Below are positions 12,879 to 25,448 of a stretch of 64,000 nt of DNA, in pieces. Origin of the DNA: Octopus sinensis (taxonomy: Eukaryota); contig NC_043010.1 of NCBI RefSeq assembly GCF_006345805.1, positions 65,038,001 through 65,102,000 on the forward strand. The letters run 5' to 3'. Made by a program: the position numbers and the translations under genes. The notes under the pieces were generated by a model. The model saw only the letters and a list, made by a program, of their open reading frames with translations. It searched no databases and was not told the DNA's origin. The stretch's first letter is position 1. Every line of letters starts with the position of its first letter.

Positions 12879-13572
12879 TACGAGGGTGGGCTGAAAGATT
12901 CATAGGACGACTATGAAGGAGTGATGCTAGGGCTGTGAAATCTTGCATTCATTAATTTTCAACTCTACTTCTTAATATTTGTATTGTTTCCTTCCAGGTA
13001 AACTGACATCTGACTGTTGAAAGAAGACTTCAAATATTACTAATAACGACTTATCTTGAAAATGAACGAAATTTGACACTGTGCTGTTATCAAATACCTT
13101 GAGAGAGGGAAATGAAAATACTTTGTACAATAAACATGATGAACTTGTCATGACGAATGTTTCTGCGTGGTGGGTGGCACTTCTATTGGCACTTGATGAA
13201 AAGCGCACCAGTCGTACAAAATCACTGGAAAATCTGACATTTTTTGAGGCAGGTTTAGCTAGTTTCCTTAAATATTTCCTAAGCTAAGATGAGTTTTGGG
13301 TTTATCACTTTGAGACGGAGTCAAATAGACAATAGATGGAGGAGAAATACCCCACCTCTTCTGCTTCAAAGATGGCCTAGGCCGTTACACAAGCAGCAAG
13401 TGATGGTTTCAGGTTTTCAGGATGCAAAGGTATTGTATTTATTGACTATTTTTGAATGGGCTGACACATAAATGGCGGGTACTATGCCAAGTTGCTGAGG
13501 CAGTTACAAAAATGTATGAAGACTAAGCGCTAAAGAAATCTGATGAAAGGTATTTTGTTTCATCAGGACAAT
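12879..13572 (+). mobile_element. Mariner transposon remnant
   Basis: TA|cgagggtgggctgaaag terminus. Fragmented transposase with DAKGIVFIDYFE, YYAKLLRQL and KGILFHQDN. Confidence 0.8.
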
Positions 13573-13859
13573 CGTCTGTATGTACGTGTTTGTGTGTGTT
13601 TGTGTGTGTGTGTGAATTTGAGGGAGAGTGCTGTCTAAGTGACACACACTCTCTCTCACACACACACGCATACATAGATAAAAGAAATATGTTTATTATT
13701 TATATATGTACGTATATATGACAATACACCCCTCTCTCTCACTCTCTCTCTCTCTCTCACTCTCACTAACACACATCCTCTATTTCCTCTGTGGTTTGAT
13801 ACTGTATGTATATATATATATATGTGTGTGTGTGTGTGCTTGTGTGTGCGGGCTGGATT

Positions 13860-14742
13860 CTACAATCGTCAGAAAATAGGAGAGGAATTTTCTTTCTTGA
13901 TGCTCTTTGTGACACATAAAAAGATTTGTAACATTACGTCTCCCCAAATTAAGGCAAAACAGAAAAAAAGAATTGCAGTTGATGAACCATTGTCTGGCTT
14001 TGCTGCCACCATTGTTACAGGTGGACGAACAGCTCATTCGGCTTTTAAATTACCAATAAACCTCGTGACAACTGACAGTCTAATTTGTAACGTAAGCAAT
14101 GATTCAGGTTCAGCAGAAGTGTTATGCCCATGCCACCATATCATTTAGGGTGAACGCACCATGTCACATAGAGGTGAAATGGAAGTTCTTGGTAACACCT
14201 TAGAGAACATCAGAGGCAACAATAAATTTATGGGAGAAATACAAATCAGTTATTTCAGTCCTTGATGAAAATCAAGCTGTCCATTACCCAACAGAGTTCC
14301 TTAATTCTCTTGAGCCACCTGGAATTCCTCCACATAAACATTTTCTAAAGGTAGGAGTCCCAATAATGCTTCTAGGAAATTTAGATCCTCCTAAATTATG
14401 CAATGGGACAGGGATGATTGTCAAGACATTGTCACCTAATGTGACAGTAGCTACCCTCATCACTGGATGTGCCTCTGAAGAAGAGGTTTTCGTTCCAAGA
14501 ATTTCAATCAAACCAACAGATATGCCCTTTGAGTTCAAACGAACACAATTCCCACTGCGACTTCTCTTTGCAATGTCTGTTAATAAAGCTCAAGGTTAGT
14601 ATTTGAAATCTACTGGCTTGATTTTCTTATAGTCAAATTCTTATGGTGAAATTTGCTCCAGTGTAGGTCGTTTGCAAGACCTATTTATCTATTCTCCAAA
14701 CCAGAAAACAAAGAATGCTGTTTACCTAGAAGCTCTTACATA
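13860..14742 (+). mobile_element. Helitron PIF1-like helicase remnant (internally deleted)
   Basis: [33 protein letters not shown] and [16 protein letters not shown], with stops and frameshifts. Confidence 0.9.
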
Positions 14743-14879
14743 ATTTCCTTCAACTAATGTGGTAGACTTTATCTTCTTGCATAAAAGTGACAAATTTTGT
14801 ACTTTCGTTTATTATTATAAACGGATATCTCTGGTAACAACAATACGATAAATCGTATCTCTTTCTTGATAGATACTGA

Positions 14880-15190
14880 GGGTTGTTGGAGGATATGCAG
14901 TTTTTCACAGAGGCAGAGCTGGCAGATGGGGACGTCGGGTGAATATGGTGGGGCTAGTCACCTTAATGCTGGATATTTCATCTCGGAGATCACGGACTCT
15001 CCAAAGAAAAAGATATAGAGACGTAGAGTTCCCACTCACCCTGGATCTGAACGAGTGCATATACGGGGAGTATGTTCCCTTGGAGTCAGTAGCTGTCATA
15101 CCCGTATAGTGCCTAGTAAGGCCATCGGATGGAGTAAGAGTGGTTCTGTATACTACGGCCCTTAAGACAGAAGAACCTTCTGGAGGGCAC
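14880..15190 (-). mobile_element. Penelope-like GIY-YIG endonuclease remnant
   Basis: RAVVYRT..YTGMT..HSF..NSTSL..W and, after a frameshift, CQLCLCEKLHIL. Confidence 0.7.
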
Positions 15191-15783
15191 GTGGTAGGGT
15201 TTCAGAAATAGCAGGTTGGGGTTGGGGGAGGTGAGGGTGCATTTTTACGTCTGATGATGCGTGAGGTTAGATGTGAGTGTACGTATGCGTGTGTATGTGC
15301 ATACGTGCTTGTTTAAGCACGCGCGTATATGTGTGTGTGCAAATGTGTGCGTGTGCGCCTATGCACAAACGTGCTCTCACGCGTACACAAAACTATATGA
15401 ACGCATCTACACACCCACTTATAGAACTATATACTTGCACATGTCGCCACTTCTTACTAACCGCCAACAACCTGACTGACTTCTAGTCTATTTCTTGACC
15501 TCCACGTGGTCAATTTCCTGTTCACCATGCGGTATTTTCCAGTTAACTGTTTTCCATATACCAACAATAAAACACGACACTGCGTGACCTTCCTCGACCA
15601 ATCGCAGTCCATCCTACACTAATAACAATCAACTTTTGTTATTCAAATTCAAAATGGCTGACGACTAACATCGTGCTTTGAAACTCAAGAGTACCAAGGA
15701 ATTTGAATCAAACTATTTTGATCCATACTTGTAACTACTAATAAATTGGTCGAGTGCCATTTATTCGTCTGTCCACTCACTCG

Positions 15784-15867
<84 letters not shown>

Positions 15868-16124
15868 CATATATATCCCACTTTATTCATTGAAATATTT
15901 TCGGCAATTGGTGAGCGCCTTAGTCGTCTCAGTATGGTGGGCATGTCAAAGGTTTCTTATTTTGACCGCAATTAAAGAAATAATTGTTTGGCTATATTGA
16001 AGAATGTTGTCAATAACATTCCTCTTTTCGTTGAATTATATTGCTACGATTCCTACAATTTTCCAGAAATTTTAGATTTCAATCAAATCAATGTTAATAT
16101 GCGTAACACTACCAACATCATTAC

Positions 16125-17212
16125 CATCTATTGTCCATTTAAAACGGGTTTGAATTTATCAGTAAAATTACTTACTCTTGACATCACTTGAGTCGTGTAG
16201 TTTGTAGAATGGAACATTATACACATTTTCTAACCACATGTTGCTAGAATGTTGCTTAAAGTGGTCTGATGGGCATCAGGGTCTCTGATTTGTTGTTGGT
16301 ACTTATGTTGATGTACCGATAATTCATTCCAGTCTGACCAACGTATTTCTCTTCACAATTCGGGCATCTGATGCAATAAATTACATATCTGCTTTTGCAG
16401 TTCCTATTTGCATTGGCAAATATTCTTCGATTACCATTGCATTTGGATACAACGAATGAATCATCATTGTCGTTTAGCTCAAACTTTGCCTTTGTTAACA
16501 AGTGTGTCACGTTTTCGCCTGTCTTTTACTTAGAAACAAAGCTAGATCCGTGATTCTGTTGTGTCTGAGGAGAGTCATTTTCCTTTTGTGCTTTATAATG
16601 TAACACACTCACCAGTAAAATTTCCAATTATTTCTTATTTTTATTTTCCCAAAATTTTTATTTTCCTAAAAGTTTCGTTGCGTCTTGCAACCTTTTCAAT
16701 ATTCTTTAAGACAATTGAAAATTTTGCAAGACGCAACGAAAATTTTAGGAAAATAAAAATAAGAAATGATTGGAAATTTTACCGGTGAGTGTGTTACATT
16801 ATAAGGCACAAAAGAAAATGGATCTCCTCAGACAAAACACAAATATGCTTCAACACACGAACTCATATAAAGAGTCTTGCAAACAAAATCCCAAAACGAA
16901 ATAGATCCATGATTATATCCTTTAATTCATTACTTTGAGCAAGTTTGCTAGTTTTACTGCATCAAATGCCCGAATTGGGAAGGAATAAACGTCGGTCAGA
17001 CTGGGAATGCACTATCGGAACGTTCACATGTGCACCGACAGCAAATAAGGGACCCTGATATCCGCCAGACCCCTATAAGCGACCATTTGGGTGCATGTGG
17101 TCAGAAAATGTTTATAATATTCCCATTCTACAAACTACACAACTCAAGCGAAGTCGAGAGAAAAGACAGAGAAAGAATTTCATTGACAAATTCAAACTCG
17201 TTTTAAATGGAC

Positions 17213-17215
<3 letters not shown>
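16125..17215. mobile_element. Penelope-like fold-back: two GIY-YIG arms pointing outward from a central ~275-bp palindrome
   Basis: Left arm (minus) VIYCIRCPNCEEKYVGQTG; right arm (plus) FYCIKCPNWEGINVGQTG. 16561-16698 is complementary to 16712-16835. Confidence 0.85.
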
Positions 17216-17277
<62 letters not shown>

Positions 17278-17424
17278 AATAATAATATAATAATAATAAT
17301 AATAATAATAATGTGATGCATGTGCCTGGTGTACCTTTATCAGACGGGTAGTCATGATGGGTATATTGGGCTTCGTATATTTTACCCCAGTATCACTTTG
17401 ATGGCATGAACTGCTCTCTCACTC

Positions 17425-17490
<66 letters not shown>
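17215..17490. repeat. (AAT)n microsatellites flanking a short insert
   Basis: Direct reading. Confidence 0.9.
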
Positions 17491-17491
<1 letters not shown>

Positions 17492-17649
17492 GTTATAGCT
17501 ACGGTGATGATAATAATAATGGTTTCAAAATTTGTGGTGCTATATATTGTACGTTGATTTCCAATACATATTTTGGATATTTTTGAAACAAATTGCCTTA
17601 CTGATATTTCAAGGAGCTCCAGGTCCAACTACATTGACTGTTTTTCTTT

Positions 17650-19428
17650 GAGCATTTGTTTCGACTCTTTTGTACCAAGAAGTCCCGCAACATTACACTC
17701 AGTATGTAACAGAGAATGAGTCAAAGCTTTTGAATGAACAACGGACAGCTTACAATTGCATCATTCCAATGACTCAGGGAGGAAAATGGTGGCCTGTTCT
17801 TTTTGGCTGCTCCTGGGGTTACTGGCAAGACGTTTTTGATAAACCTTTTGCTAGCAAATGTCAGTCTAGATGGGTGCATTGCATTGGCGGTAGCATCTTC
17901 AGGAACAGCAGCCACTCTCTTGTCAGTGAGACGAACAGCTCATTCTACTTTCAAGGTGCCCTTAAATTTACTTAGGATAGAGACTCCAATTTGCAACATT
18001 TCTAAGACATCCGCAAAGGCCAAGGTCTTGCAGCAGACGTGCTTGGTTGTCTGGGATTAATGCACCATATCTCACCGTGGAGCACTTGAGGCTGTTGATC
18101 GGAGCCTAAGAGATTTGAGAGGAGAGGACATTGTCATAGGTGGAGGCACTGTAGTTTTGGTTGGAGATTTCAGACAAACCCTCCCTGTGATCCCAAAAGG
18201 TACAAAAGCAGATGAACTACAGGCCTGTCTCTTAACTGTGGAGCCAGATGACTAAACTGCAACTGACAGTTAAGATGAGGGCCCAATTATTTGGTGATCA
18301 AACCGCCGGGTTGTTTTCACACAAGCTTCTGAAGATAGGGAATGGGCAACTACCATATGCCAGCCAAATGCAACAACACCGGCTACCCTGTGGTGAGATG
18401 GTACCAACTATCATTGATCCCATAATGCATGTGCTCCCAAGCATTGCAAACATTTTAGCAACAGTGAATGGATCTGTGAGCGAACCATCCAGGTAATGAT
18501 GTCGACAAAATCAACTGGGATCTCTTGCAGTTGATGCCAAGACAAGAGCAATCTTTCAAATCCCTCGACACTGCATTGATCAAGAACAGGCTGTAGTTTT
18601 TCCAATTGAGGTCTTGAACTCTCTACAGCCATCTGGAATGCCACTTCACCACTTAACAATTAAAAAGGGGGCCCCCAATCATGCTTCTCAGGATTATGGA
18701 GCTACTTAGTCTTTGCAATGGCACCACAGTAGTAGTGAAAGCGATGCGACCCCATGTCCTAGAGTCACCAATTATGACAGAAGTATAAGGGTGAGAATGT
18801 CTTCAATCCGCGGATCCTGTTAATCCCATATGACCTCCCCTTTGAATTTAAACGGTTCCAGTTCCCAGTGAAACAAGTCTTGAGGACAATCTCTCAAGGT
18901 TGTTGGATTTCATGTTGCTTCTCCTTGCATCTCTAATGGGGAATTATATGTAGGATGTTCGCGAGTTGGAAGTACCCAAAATCTTTCCATTTATACTCCA
19001 ATTAATGGACACACTCAAAATATCGTATATTAGAAGCTCTAGATAATTAAATTGTGATTGATTTCTAAATGTTTTCAATACATTTGTTTATACTCAAGTC
19101 ATCTGATAGAATTGTGGCTAAATGTACTTATTAAGAGGATAGGAGCGCCCACAGACCGGTTCTCAAATTTATGCATTTTCAAGTGAAACGTGTTCAAATA
19201 TGTACTGACAATTGAAGGTGATTGCCAAGACAAAGAACTACCTGGTTTCAAAGAATTTTAAAAGTGAGAACATCGGACGAAACATGCTATTTAGATATAC
19301 AGTTGGTAGCTCAGCTAATAACTGTTGAGAACTGCATAATCCATGTTTCATTTTACTAAGAGATTTAAAAGACATACTAAAATTTCATTATTTTCTTTAA
19401 CCCAGACAACGCTGGGTATTTCTGTTAG
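17650..19428 (+). mobile_element. Helitron 3' part: PIF1 helicase pseudogene plus 3' terminus
   Basis: APGVTGKTFLINLLL, TAHSTFKVP, GDFRQTLPV and QNIVY motifs. Terminal hairpin cccagacaacgctggg (19401-19416), then ctgttag|t, a degenerate CTAG-T end at 19428. Confidence 0.9.
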
Positions 19429-19469
19429 TATGAAACATGTGTGACGAGTATTAACTGTTTCTTCTGACT

Positions 19470-20831
19470 CGAATAAACATTTCAACTTCCCTTACATCAA
19501 TAATCAGCAAGATGTTCGAAACCATCCTTAAGAAAAGTATGATGCCCCACCTCCTAAACACAGCCTCTATCTCTGATTCCCAACACGGCTTCGTGCCGAA
19601 GAGATCATGCTTGACCAACTTACTAGTAATGCAAGAATTGGTGACGCGCATCCTCGATGATAGTGATGCTGTTGACATCGTTTTATTGGACTTTGCCAAA
19701 GCTTTTGACTCGGTGAACCACCGCCTATTACTTGTCAAGCTTCAAGCATATAGTTTCCATCCGGATATTGTACGATGGGTTGGTGCCTTCCTCTCAGATC
19801 GCTCCTTCCAAGTCCAAGTTAATGGTTCGCGGTCCGACGTTTCCAGTGCGAGCAGTGGCGTGCCTCAAGGTTCAGTGCTTGGGCCCTTGTTGTTCTTAGT
19901 CTTCATAAATTACTTGCCCGACGACCTCACGCAACACACCCTTCTATTTGCCGACGATATCAAACTGGTCGCTCCTCGCGGTAATATAGAGGATCTTCGT
20001 CGATGCCTCCACCAAATTTGGAAGTGGTCTACCGATTGGGACCTGTGTCTGAACGTGTCAAAGGGCTGTCATCTGCCTGTCGGCTCTACTCCTGCAACTC
20101 AACTTGATTTCGAGCCGGGTCGTCTGCTGCTGGAGAGGACCGATCAGGTAAAGGACCTGGGTATCTTGGTGGATTCCTCCTTTTCGCCTTCGGCCCAGTG
20201 CGTCCATGCTGCCAACAAAGCACGCGGAATTCTGTTCTTGATTCGACGGTCATTCGGAATGCTCACAGCAGCCATATTCCTACCACTCTATGTCACGCTG
20301 GTGAGACCAATATTGGAGTATGGGATTCGAGCCTCTTCTCCTTATCTCCTCAGAGACATACAGCATCTCGAAAGAGTCCAGAAGCTGGCTACCCACATGG
20401 TTCATGGTCTCAAAAATTTGTCCTACGAAGAAAGGCTGAGGACGCTCGACCTTTATTCTCTTGAAAAACGCCGCCGCCGTGGTGATCTCATTCTCGCCCA
20501 CAACATCATAAGCGGAAAGTGTAACCTCTCGAAAGAGATGTTCTTCACTCCTGCTCCAGAGCGTCGGCTGCGGGGTCATTCCGAAAAGCTCTACCTGCGA
20601 CGATTTCATCTCAATCGAAGGAGAGGAGCTTTCTCCGTTCGGGTTGCGGATCCGTGGAACTAGCTGCCAGACGAGATGGTGAAGATGCCGACGACCGCTT
20701 TGTTCAAAGCCTCCCTGGACCTCAAGTGGCCTGAACTCTTTACATGAACACCACCCTGTACTTAACTCCATGTCCCCCTACATGGCCTTGCTATTTGCTT
20801 TTGAGCCAAATTAACTAACTAACTAACTAAC
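19470..20831 (+). mobile_element. 5'-truncated CR1/L2-group LINE with a largely intact RT (ORF 19512-20663; original stop at 20745-20747)
   Basis: QHGF, DFAKAFDSV, GVPQGSVLGP, LFADD and YEERL..L.SLE.RR.RGDLI motifs. One premature TAG; (TAAC)n tail. Confidence 0.95.
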
Positions 20832-20838
20832 ATATATA

Positions 20839-21052
20839 TAGAATGGTCGTAGGGACACCGTGAAACACGGTGTCCCTAGATGCAGTTCCGGCGGTTGGGG
20901 TGTTTGTCTCCTCTTCGTATATGTATATAAGGACATAGGGAAAAAAATGTGTCGAAGCTGTCAGGAGGCGTTCGATGCCTCCTAGGGCTATACAACTGTG
21001 TGTACCCCCTACTGTCACGTTCTTGTTAGATTGACAGTATACAACCATTCTA
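20839..21052. mobile_element. Small MITE-like or highly structured element
   Basis: 13-bp terminal inverted repeats tagaatggtcgta / tacaaccattcta (1 mismatch). Internal perfect hairpins at 20850-20878 and 20963-20983. Confidence 0.55.
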
Positions 21053-21991
21053 TCGCCCCACCACCGTACATGTCTCTACGAGAGATTTAGAAATTCAATA
21101 TTTCTTATATATATATATATATATATTTATATGTATTATTACATCAGTGTCCTAACACATAAAAATTACTGTATAGGTAGCATTACTTATTTACGTATAT
21201 AATTATAAAGATATAGTTATAAATAAGGGCTGCTGGACATGACCAGCGCCGATGCTAGAAGTAGATGTCAAATACCTACACTCCACTGTAAAACGTGTTC
21301 TCTATATTCAGTCACAGGTACGATTATATTTTTATCGAGATGCGCTGGAGGATGAAAAGTATACGCGGCAAATATGTGTGTGCATTGGTATCTATTTATT
21401 TACTACCCACAAGGGGCTAAACAGAGAGAGGACAAAGTAATGTGCAAAAATTAAATAATTAGGTGGTATATTTATCAAGTAATATTACATTTAAGTAAAT
21501 TAGTTTTTATATTATTTGATATTTTCGGTCAACTATATTATTGTGTGATACATTAAATCTATAGATACTGCATATATATTAATCATATAGTTAGTTTATA
21601 TAATGGGTGTGTCTATATTTGAACCATTTCTTATTTTAATTCCAGTATTTATGGCTTGTACAGCATTGTGTAAATTAATTAAATTTAAGGTTTATAGTAT
21701 TAATTCCTTAATGAGTATTAGACTATATTTGCATGTTTATTAAATAAATATATTAATTAATAATCTGATTTAATGTATATAGTTTAAAGAGTTGTATTTA
21801 ATTTTCAATTAATGCATATTTTGTATCATATATATATATATATATATATATGTTAAAGAATATTTTGATTTTTAAAGATTATTTACGTATATTTATTAAT
21901 TATTTTATTATTGTAGTTATTTTTAACCTGTTGGGTGGCTATATTTATATTGAAGGGTTTTACATCTACTACAACGACAACAACAACAACA

Positions 21992-22037
<46 letters not shown>

Positions 22038-22084
22038 TTCTTACTATAATCATTTCTTAAATATAACCATGAAACACATGGCGT

Positions 22085-22139
<55 letters not shown>

Positions 22140-22162
<23 letters not shown>

Positions 22163-22464
22163 TACATACATATATGCACACACATGTCCATATACACACA
22201 CACATACACATATGTGTACATATACATACATACATATACACACATATGCATACATAGACATATACATACATACCCATACACATACGTACACATACACACA
22301 TACACCCATATACACATGTACATATGTACCCATATACATGTATCTACGTACACGCCCATACCCATACTCATACATACACTTATATATGTCTACACACATA
22401 TATATATAAATATATAAAGAAGTGGGGATATACACTCCCATACACTCACGCTCACATATCCATA

Positions 22465-22511
<47 letters not shown>

Positions 22512-22580
22512 CATATATATATACACACACACCCATATACACATATATATACATACATACATACACATACATATCCATAC

Positions 22581-22612
<32 letters not shown>

Positions 22613-22649
22613 ATATATGTGTATATGGGTGTGTGTGTATATATATGTG

Positions 22650-22689
<40 letters not shown>

Positions 22690-22987
22690 TATGGATATGT
22701 GAGCGTGAGTGTATGGGAGTGTATATCCCCTCTTATTTATATATTTATATATATGTGTGTGTAGACATATATAAGTGTATGTATGAGTATGGGTATGGGC
22801 GTGTACGTAGATACATGTATATGGGTACATATGTACATGTGTATATGGGTGTATGTGTGTATGTGTATGTATGTGTATGTATGTATATGTCTATGTATGC
22901 ATATATGTGTGTATATGTATGTATGTATATGTACACATATGTGTATGTGTGTGTGTATATGGACATGTGTGTGCATATGTGTATGTA

Positions 22988-23028
<41 letters not shown>

Positions 23029-23055
23029 GTGGGTGTATATATATATATGTATATG
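22140..23055. repeat. ~900-bp imperfect palindrome of complex (TA/CA) microsatellite
   Basis: The non-trivial segment 22320-22470 is the reverse complement of 22690-22850. Centre near 22590. Confidence 0.9.
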
Positions 23056-23327
23056 TATAAGTGAGAGTCTCCTTATTTACCTAAAACTCAATTTTTCTAT
23101 TTATTCTTTTATTCTTTTATTTATTCTTTTATCTACTTTACCACCGATTCCTTGACCACTCCCCTAAGAATGATAGTTTGCGCCATGCCTACCCCCAAAA
23201 AGTCCCCCACCACCACCCTTTTAAACCTGCCTAAATGTATAAATGCCAAACAACTCTTGTCAACTAGCTTCCTGATGATTTCTTTTGAATGAAACAGTTC
23301 TAGTCCTGTAGAAGCTCCTTCTATATA

Positions 23328-23364
<37 letters not shown>

Positions 23365-23505
23365 ATATAGAGGGCATTATACATACATGCCAGAAGGCAT
23401 TATACATACATGCCACACGCTAAGAGGGACAATTAGTCATTTCTACCAAAAATATTACTAATCCCACCGAATGCAATTTTTCAAAGTAAGACATTTAAAA
23501 AAAAT

Positions 23506-23553
23506 AGACCTGTATCACAATGATTTCATACTTACGTATTCATCAGCACGCCT
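23506..23553 (-). ncRNA. Type I hammerhead ribozyme, unit 1 (one G-G mismatch in stem I)
   Basis: AGGCGUG CUGAUGA AUAC-GUAA-GUAU GAA AUCA-UUG-UGAU A/CAGGUCU; predicted cut after 23513. Confidence 0.85.
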
Positions 23554-23983
23554 GAATGTATTATAAATAAACAACGACCCTGCCCCGCTTAAGCCGATCA
23601 GCTAACTGATCAACATCAACGAAGCACATGGGTGAGTTTACATATATTACATCCGGATAAATGGCAAACTTTTACGAATTGCATTTCGGGAGAGGAAAAG
23701 TCTTTTCGGAATAAAAATTTAGCAATTAAGGACAACTACTTAATAAGGAAAACTTAACAAGAAATTGTCAGGTAGATAGCGTGAAAACCTCATAAGAGAA
23801 AAAATTCGAAAATAATTATTTCTTATTGAACATATTAATTTATATATAGAGGGCATTATACATACATGCCGAAGGCATTATACATACATGCCACACGCTA
23901 AGAGGGACAATTTGTCATTTCTCAAAAAAATATACTAATCCCACCGAATGCAATTTTTCAAAGTAAGACATTTAAAAAAATAT

Positions 23984-24031
23984 AGACCTGTATCACAATG
24001 ATTTCATACTTACGTATTCATCAGCAGGCCT
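23984..24031 (-). ncRNA. Type I hammerhead ribozyme, unit 2
   Basis: AGGCCUG CUGAUGA AUAC-GUAA-GUAU GAA AUCA-UUG-UGAU A/CAGGUCU. 7-bp stem I, 4-bp stem II with GNRA loop, 4-bp stem III; cut after 23991. Confidence 0.92.
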
Positions 24032-24461
24032 GAATGTATTATAAATAAACAACGACCCTGCCCCGCTTAAGCCGATCAGCTAACTGATCAACATCAACGA
24101 AGCACATGGGTGAGTTTACATATATTACATCCGGATAAATGGCAAACTTTTACGAATTGCATTTCGGGAGAGGAAAAGTCTTTTCGGAATAAAAATTTAG
24201 CAATTAAGGACAACTACTTAATAAGAAAACTTAACAAGAAATTGTCAGGTAGATAGCGTGAAAACCTCATAAGAGAAAAATTTCGAAAATAATTATTCTT
24301 ATTGAACATATTAATTTATATATAGAGGGCATTATACATACATGCCAGAAGGCATTATACATACATGCCACACGCTAAGAGGGACAATTAGTCATTTCTA
24401 CCAAAAATATTACTAATCCCACCGAATGCAATTTTTCAAAGTAAGACATTTAAAAAAATAT

Positions 24462-24509
24462 AGACCTGTATCACAATGATTTCATACTTACGTATTCATC
24501 AGCAGGCCT
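24462..24509 (-). ncRNA. Type I hammerhead ribozyme, unit 3
   Basis: Identical to unit 2; cut after 24469. Confidence 0.92.
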
Positions 24510-24940
24510 GAATGTATTATAAATAAACAACGACCCTGCCCCGCTTAAGCCGATCAGCTAACTGATCAACATCAGCGAAGCACATGGGTGAGTTTACATA
24601 TATACATCCGGATAAATGGCAAACTTTTACGAATTGCATTTCGGGAGAGGAAAAGTCTTTTCGGAATAAAAATTTAGCAATTAAGGACAACTACTTAATA
24701 AGGAAAACTAACAAGAAATTGTCAGGTAGATAGCGTGAAAACCTCATAAGAGAAAAAATTTCGAAAATAATTATTTCTTATTGAACATATTAATTTATAT
24801 ATAGAGGGCATTATACATACATGCCAGAAGGCATTATACATACATGCCACACGCTAAGAGGGACAATTAGTCATTTCTACCAAAAATATTACTAATCCCA
24901 CCGAATGCAATTTTTCAAAGTAAGACATTTAAAAAAATAT

Positions 24941-24988
24941 AGACCTGTATCACAATGATTTCATACTTACGTATTCATCAGCAGGCCT
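24941..24988 (-). ncRNA. Type I hammerhead ribozyme, unit 4
   Basis: Identical to unit 2; cut after 24948. Confidence 0.92.
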
Positions 24989-25400
24989 GAATGTATTATA
25001 AATAAACAACGACCCTGCCCCGCTTAAGCCGATCAGCTAACTGATCAACATCAGCGTGTGGCATGTATGTATAATGCCTTCTGGCATGTATGTATAATGC
25101 CCTCTATATATAAATTAATATGTTCAATAAGAAATAATTATTTTCGAAATTTTTTCTCTTATGAGGTTTTCACGCTATCTACCTGACAATTTCTTGTTAA
25201 GTTTTCCTTATTAAGTAGTTGTCCTTAATTGCTAAATTTTTATTCCGAAAAGACTTTTCCTCTCCCGAAATGCAATTCGTAAAAGTTTGCCATTTATCCG
25301 GATGTAATATATGTAAACTCACCCATGTGCTTCGTTGATGTTGATCAGTTAGCTGATCGGCTTAAGCGGGGCAGGGTCGTTGTTTATTTATAATACATTC

Positions 25401-25448
25401 AGGCCTGCTGATGAATACGTAAGTATGAAATCATTGTGATACAGGTCT
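25401..25448 (+). ncRNA. Type I hammerhead ribozyme in the inverted unit
   Basis: aggcctg ctgatga atacgtaagtat gaa atcattgtgat a caggtct, read directly on +; cut after 25441. Confidence 0.92.

Noticed and set aside
21440-21950. Very AT-rich stretch as a possible mitochondrial insertion
   Set aside because: No recognisable mitochondrial gene motif; a decayed retroelement or low-complexity DNA is more likely.
23560-23645. Possible twister ribozyme on the opposite strand of the unit (accc-tgcc..gcttaagcc..gggt-gag)
   Set aside because: UAA is not adjacent to the putative P2, P4 cannot close, and the T1 pseudoknot pairs are missing. An Infernal twister scan would settle it.
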